Assembly (NCBI RefSeq): GCF_964213995.1
Contig: NC_135817.1
Coordinates: 52,824,001-52,888,000 of the forward strand
Length of the DNA: 64,000 nucleotides
Reading direction: 5' to 3'
DNA from: Mustelus asterias
Taxonomy: Eukaryota
In this document: piece after piece, positions 61,330 through 64,000 of the stretch
Layout: every line of letters begins with the position of its first letter
Position numbering within the stretch: position 1 is the stretch's first letter
Notes under the pieces: generated by a model
What the model was told of the DNA's origin: nothing
Database searches by the model: none
What the model saw: only the letters and a program-made list of their open reading frames with translations
Translations under genes and position numbers: made by a program

Positions 61330-62761
61330 GAAGACAATGTAATATATAGTTCCTTATTTTTGTAACTCACTGTTGTTGCTATAGGAACTGTCACAAATAG
61401 CAGCAAAACATCACTTGCGGTTAAGAACATGTTCACATTGTTTCCCAGCCAAACAAAATGTTAAAACAAAAATTTGAGGGCCTTGACTCAATTTTGCAGA
61501 GTGATGATCATTTTCTTTTAAATTAGCATTCGTGAACCTTGACTAGGAAGAAACTTGTAGCTACGTTATTCACTGGATACCACAAATAGTGGAACGCTCA
61601 GCTTCTCTGCTGGTTCAAACAGCCCAACTGTTGCTTTGCTTCTTATGTTTGCCAGCATTTAATTTTTGCGCACGTCCTTCTTCCCAGTACCTTACAGTTC
61701 CAAAATTGAAACCTCAAATGTACAAATAACTTTCCACAACCAATTTTGTTTCCCAATCCTTTCTGTGTTTTGAAATCCTTTGCCTATCGATGCTGAACCA
61801 AATTGCTCAATCAGCAGAGAACTAAGTTGCTGGATATTATTCAGCATTTACAAGATGCATGGTCAGACCACATCATTTGGTACAGTGGTCAGTTTTGTTA
61901 CTGGGATACAAAGCAATCATTCAAATCCTGGAGGTCGTGCGAAGAAGGGCCACAAAGCTGATGCACAGGAGACGGAATTAACTTTTATAGTTCAGTCTTG
62001 AAGGAGGTGGCTGAAAGGGGTCCTCACTTAAGTGTGTAAGACAGTAAAATGTATGCTAAAAGTGCTGACAAATTTGGGATGGAACATAGGAGGTCATTGC
62101 AAAGAACGGTCAACACTTGCAATGAAATCTCGGATAGAGTAAATGCTAGTCAAATGCTGGGGCAAGGAATGATGGTAGCAGGGATCTGGATGGAATACTG
62201 GAGATGGGTGAAAATGGCCTTCACGTTTTGTGTGCATCTTGTGATGTCAGACAGAAAGATGATTGTGTTGGCGGATAGAAGACAGGCAAGTTTAATTTGT
62301 TTGTTTCTGAAACATCAGATTGGGATATGACTGGAGTGGGGATTATTTTCTATATGCATTGCGCTAAAGGCCTTACATGTGTTGTGGTGAGGGCAAGGCC
62401 ATTCAGCAATCCTTGGAAATTGTAGTTTAATTATGTGGCAAATATTCTGGGACCAGGAATAGCCTTTACTGAGACAGTATTATGTGTGACAGTTTGTATA
62501 TTTGTGCAGTTGGAGTCAGAGTGTTTATGCGCTCTGATGACATTTATCTCACCACGCATAAAGAAGTAGGTTTTTTTTATAAATCTTATTTTAGGTGTAT
62601 ATGGTGGAATGAATGGGCCATTCAGAATCTTCAATTTATTTCAAGATTTTGATTGGATATATCAAAGGGTTTTCTGAATAAGCTTTTTCTTATTTTCATT
62701 GTTTTGAATACCTTATTAGCCTTTTTTTTGTCATTTGTACAAGTAGGGAATGTGTGTGTAA

Positions 62762-62767
62762 AATAAA
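62762..62767 (+). terminator. Candidate polyadenylation signal AATAAA (3' UTR about 1.4 kb)
   Basis: First canonical AATAAA I noticed after the stop, following an AT-rich, repeat-poor 3' region. No transcript evidence. Confidence 0.4.
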
Positions 62768-63394
62768 ATATTGTGCACAGAATTACCAGCCCTTTAACTA
62801 AAGTTGAACCAGTTACAAGAGTACAGTGAAACAAGAAACAAAATTAACAAAGGAGGATAGGAAAGGGGCTTTCTCACAGCTTTCACAGTAGCCCAGGAGC
62901 AGTAAGGTTACAGAATTCGCTGCCAGTTGCCATTTCACTGGAAAATCAATGATGGGGAGTTGCTTTTAAAGTGCTCAAAATGTACTATGTCAGCTATAAA
63001 TTACTCTTAGATGAAAGAAGGCATGCCAAGTAGCTAGGCTGGTATTAAAATTCAACTGTCTGGAGGCCCATCATGTTACTAACTCTGTGTGGGCATGGCA
63101 TAGACTGAGGACCACTGTCTGTTCAGGCTGCAGGCTGGCAGAGAGACAGTTTCAAAGATACACCATCTGCTAGAAGACATCGACAGCTAATCTGTATAAT
63201 GAATGGCATTGAAGATCACTAACACCGTTAATGTTTTTATGGTCACCCCTTTCCAGGCTAGCACCAGAACCATCTGTAGTTTCTCATGATTCCTACTACA
63301 GACAATTGATGAGAACAGGATTAGACATAGATTTGATCAGTTAGTCCTCTGACACGTGCTGTCCAAATTCATACGTACTGAATTTTTAAAAAAA

Positions 63395-63727
63395 TCTTTC
63401 ATGAGGTGTGGTTTTTTTGCTCATTCCTAATTACCCTTGCACTGAGTGACTTCCCACTTCAGAGGGCAGTTAAGTGTCAACCACATTGCTGCGGATCTGG
63501 AGTCACATAGAGACTAGACCGGGTAAGAAAGTCAGATTTCCTTCCCTAAAGGATGTTAGTGAACCAGATGGATTTTTATGACAATCAATAATAGTTTAAT
63601 GGACACTATTACTGAGATTAGCTTTCAATTTCAGATTTTATTGATTGGATTCACATTTGGGACTTGGACCTGCATCCCCAGAGCATTAACCCGGGCCTTT
63701 GGGTCAGTAGTCCATTGACATTACCAC
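63395..63727 (-). mobile_element. Copy of the third SINE family
   Basis: Reverse complement of the 20068-20387 element (ccacattgct...ggagtcacat, gttagtgaaccagatggatttttatgacaatc). Confidence 0.7.
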
Positions 63728-64000
63728 AATCAATTACCACTAAGTCAGTTAGGTATTGGGAGAGCTGCAGTGTTTATGAAATCTTTGGGTAGATTTTAAA
63801 TTGACCCAAATTATGGGCATGGAGCTTCATTCGCACATCCCACCTGGCACTTTTTGACCTTCACAGCAAGCAAGAAAGACCTCACTTTTAAAAATGGGCA
63901 GAGGCTGAATGACACATGCTCCTTTTTGTAGGTGGCCTTACCAATGGTCTTTCAGGAGATTGTCGAAAGCTGCTCACCAAACTATCCGGGAAATGTTTAA

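Noticed and set aside
1-64000. CRISPR arrays, operons, rRNA or prokaryotic defence systems
   Set aside because: Eukaryotic intron-exon DNA; no regularly spaced repeat-spacer structure was seen.

Overview
Vertebrate genomic DNA, almost certainly from a shark or ray (elasmobranch), judged from abundant HE1/V-SINE-type SINEs, a DeuSINE and CR1 LINEs. It contains one complete + strand gene of the EWI (Glu-Trp-Ile) immunoglobulin subfamily. I reconstructed it by hand from 9 coding exons: a signal-peptide exon at 16450-16525 that the ORF track misses, seven phase-1 V-set Ig exons, and a TM/cytoplasmic exon ending at 61329. The spliced CDS is 3084 nt (1027 aa). Seven Ig domains, the length and the EKSLW tail point to CD101/IGSF2, while much of the ectodomain reads as IGSF3-like. 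Ig6 and Ig7 are an internal exon duplication. The rest is mobile DNA: two V-SINE subfamilies with different LINE-type tails, a third SINE sharing its tail with a nearby LINE, a DeuSINE, CR1/L2/Rex1-Babar LINEs, and Gypsy and PIF/Harbinger remnants. There are also short Penelope-type elements carrying minimal hammerhead-ribozyme motifs, one inserted with a 16-bp target-site duplication just upstream of the start codon. No prokaryotic features. Family names come from recalled consensus motifs, not database searches.
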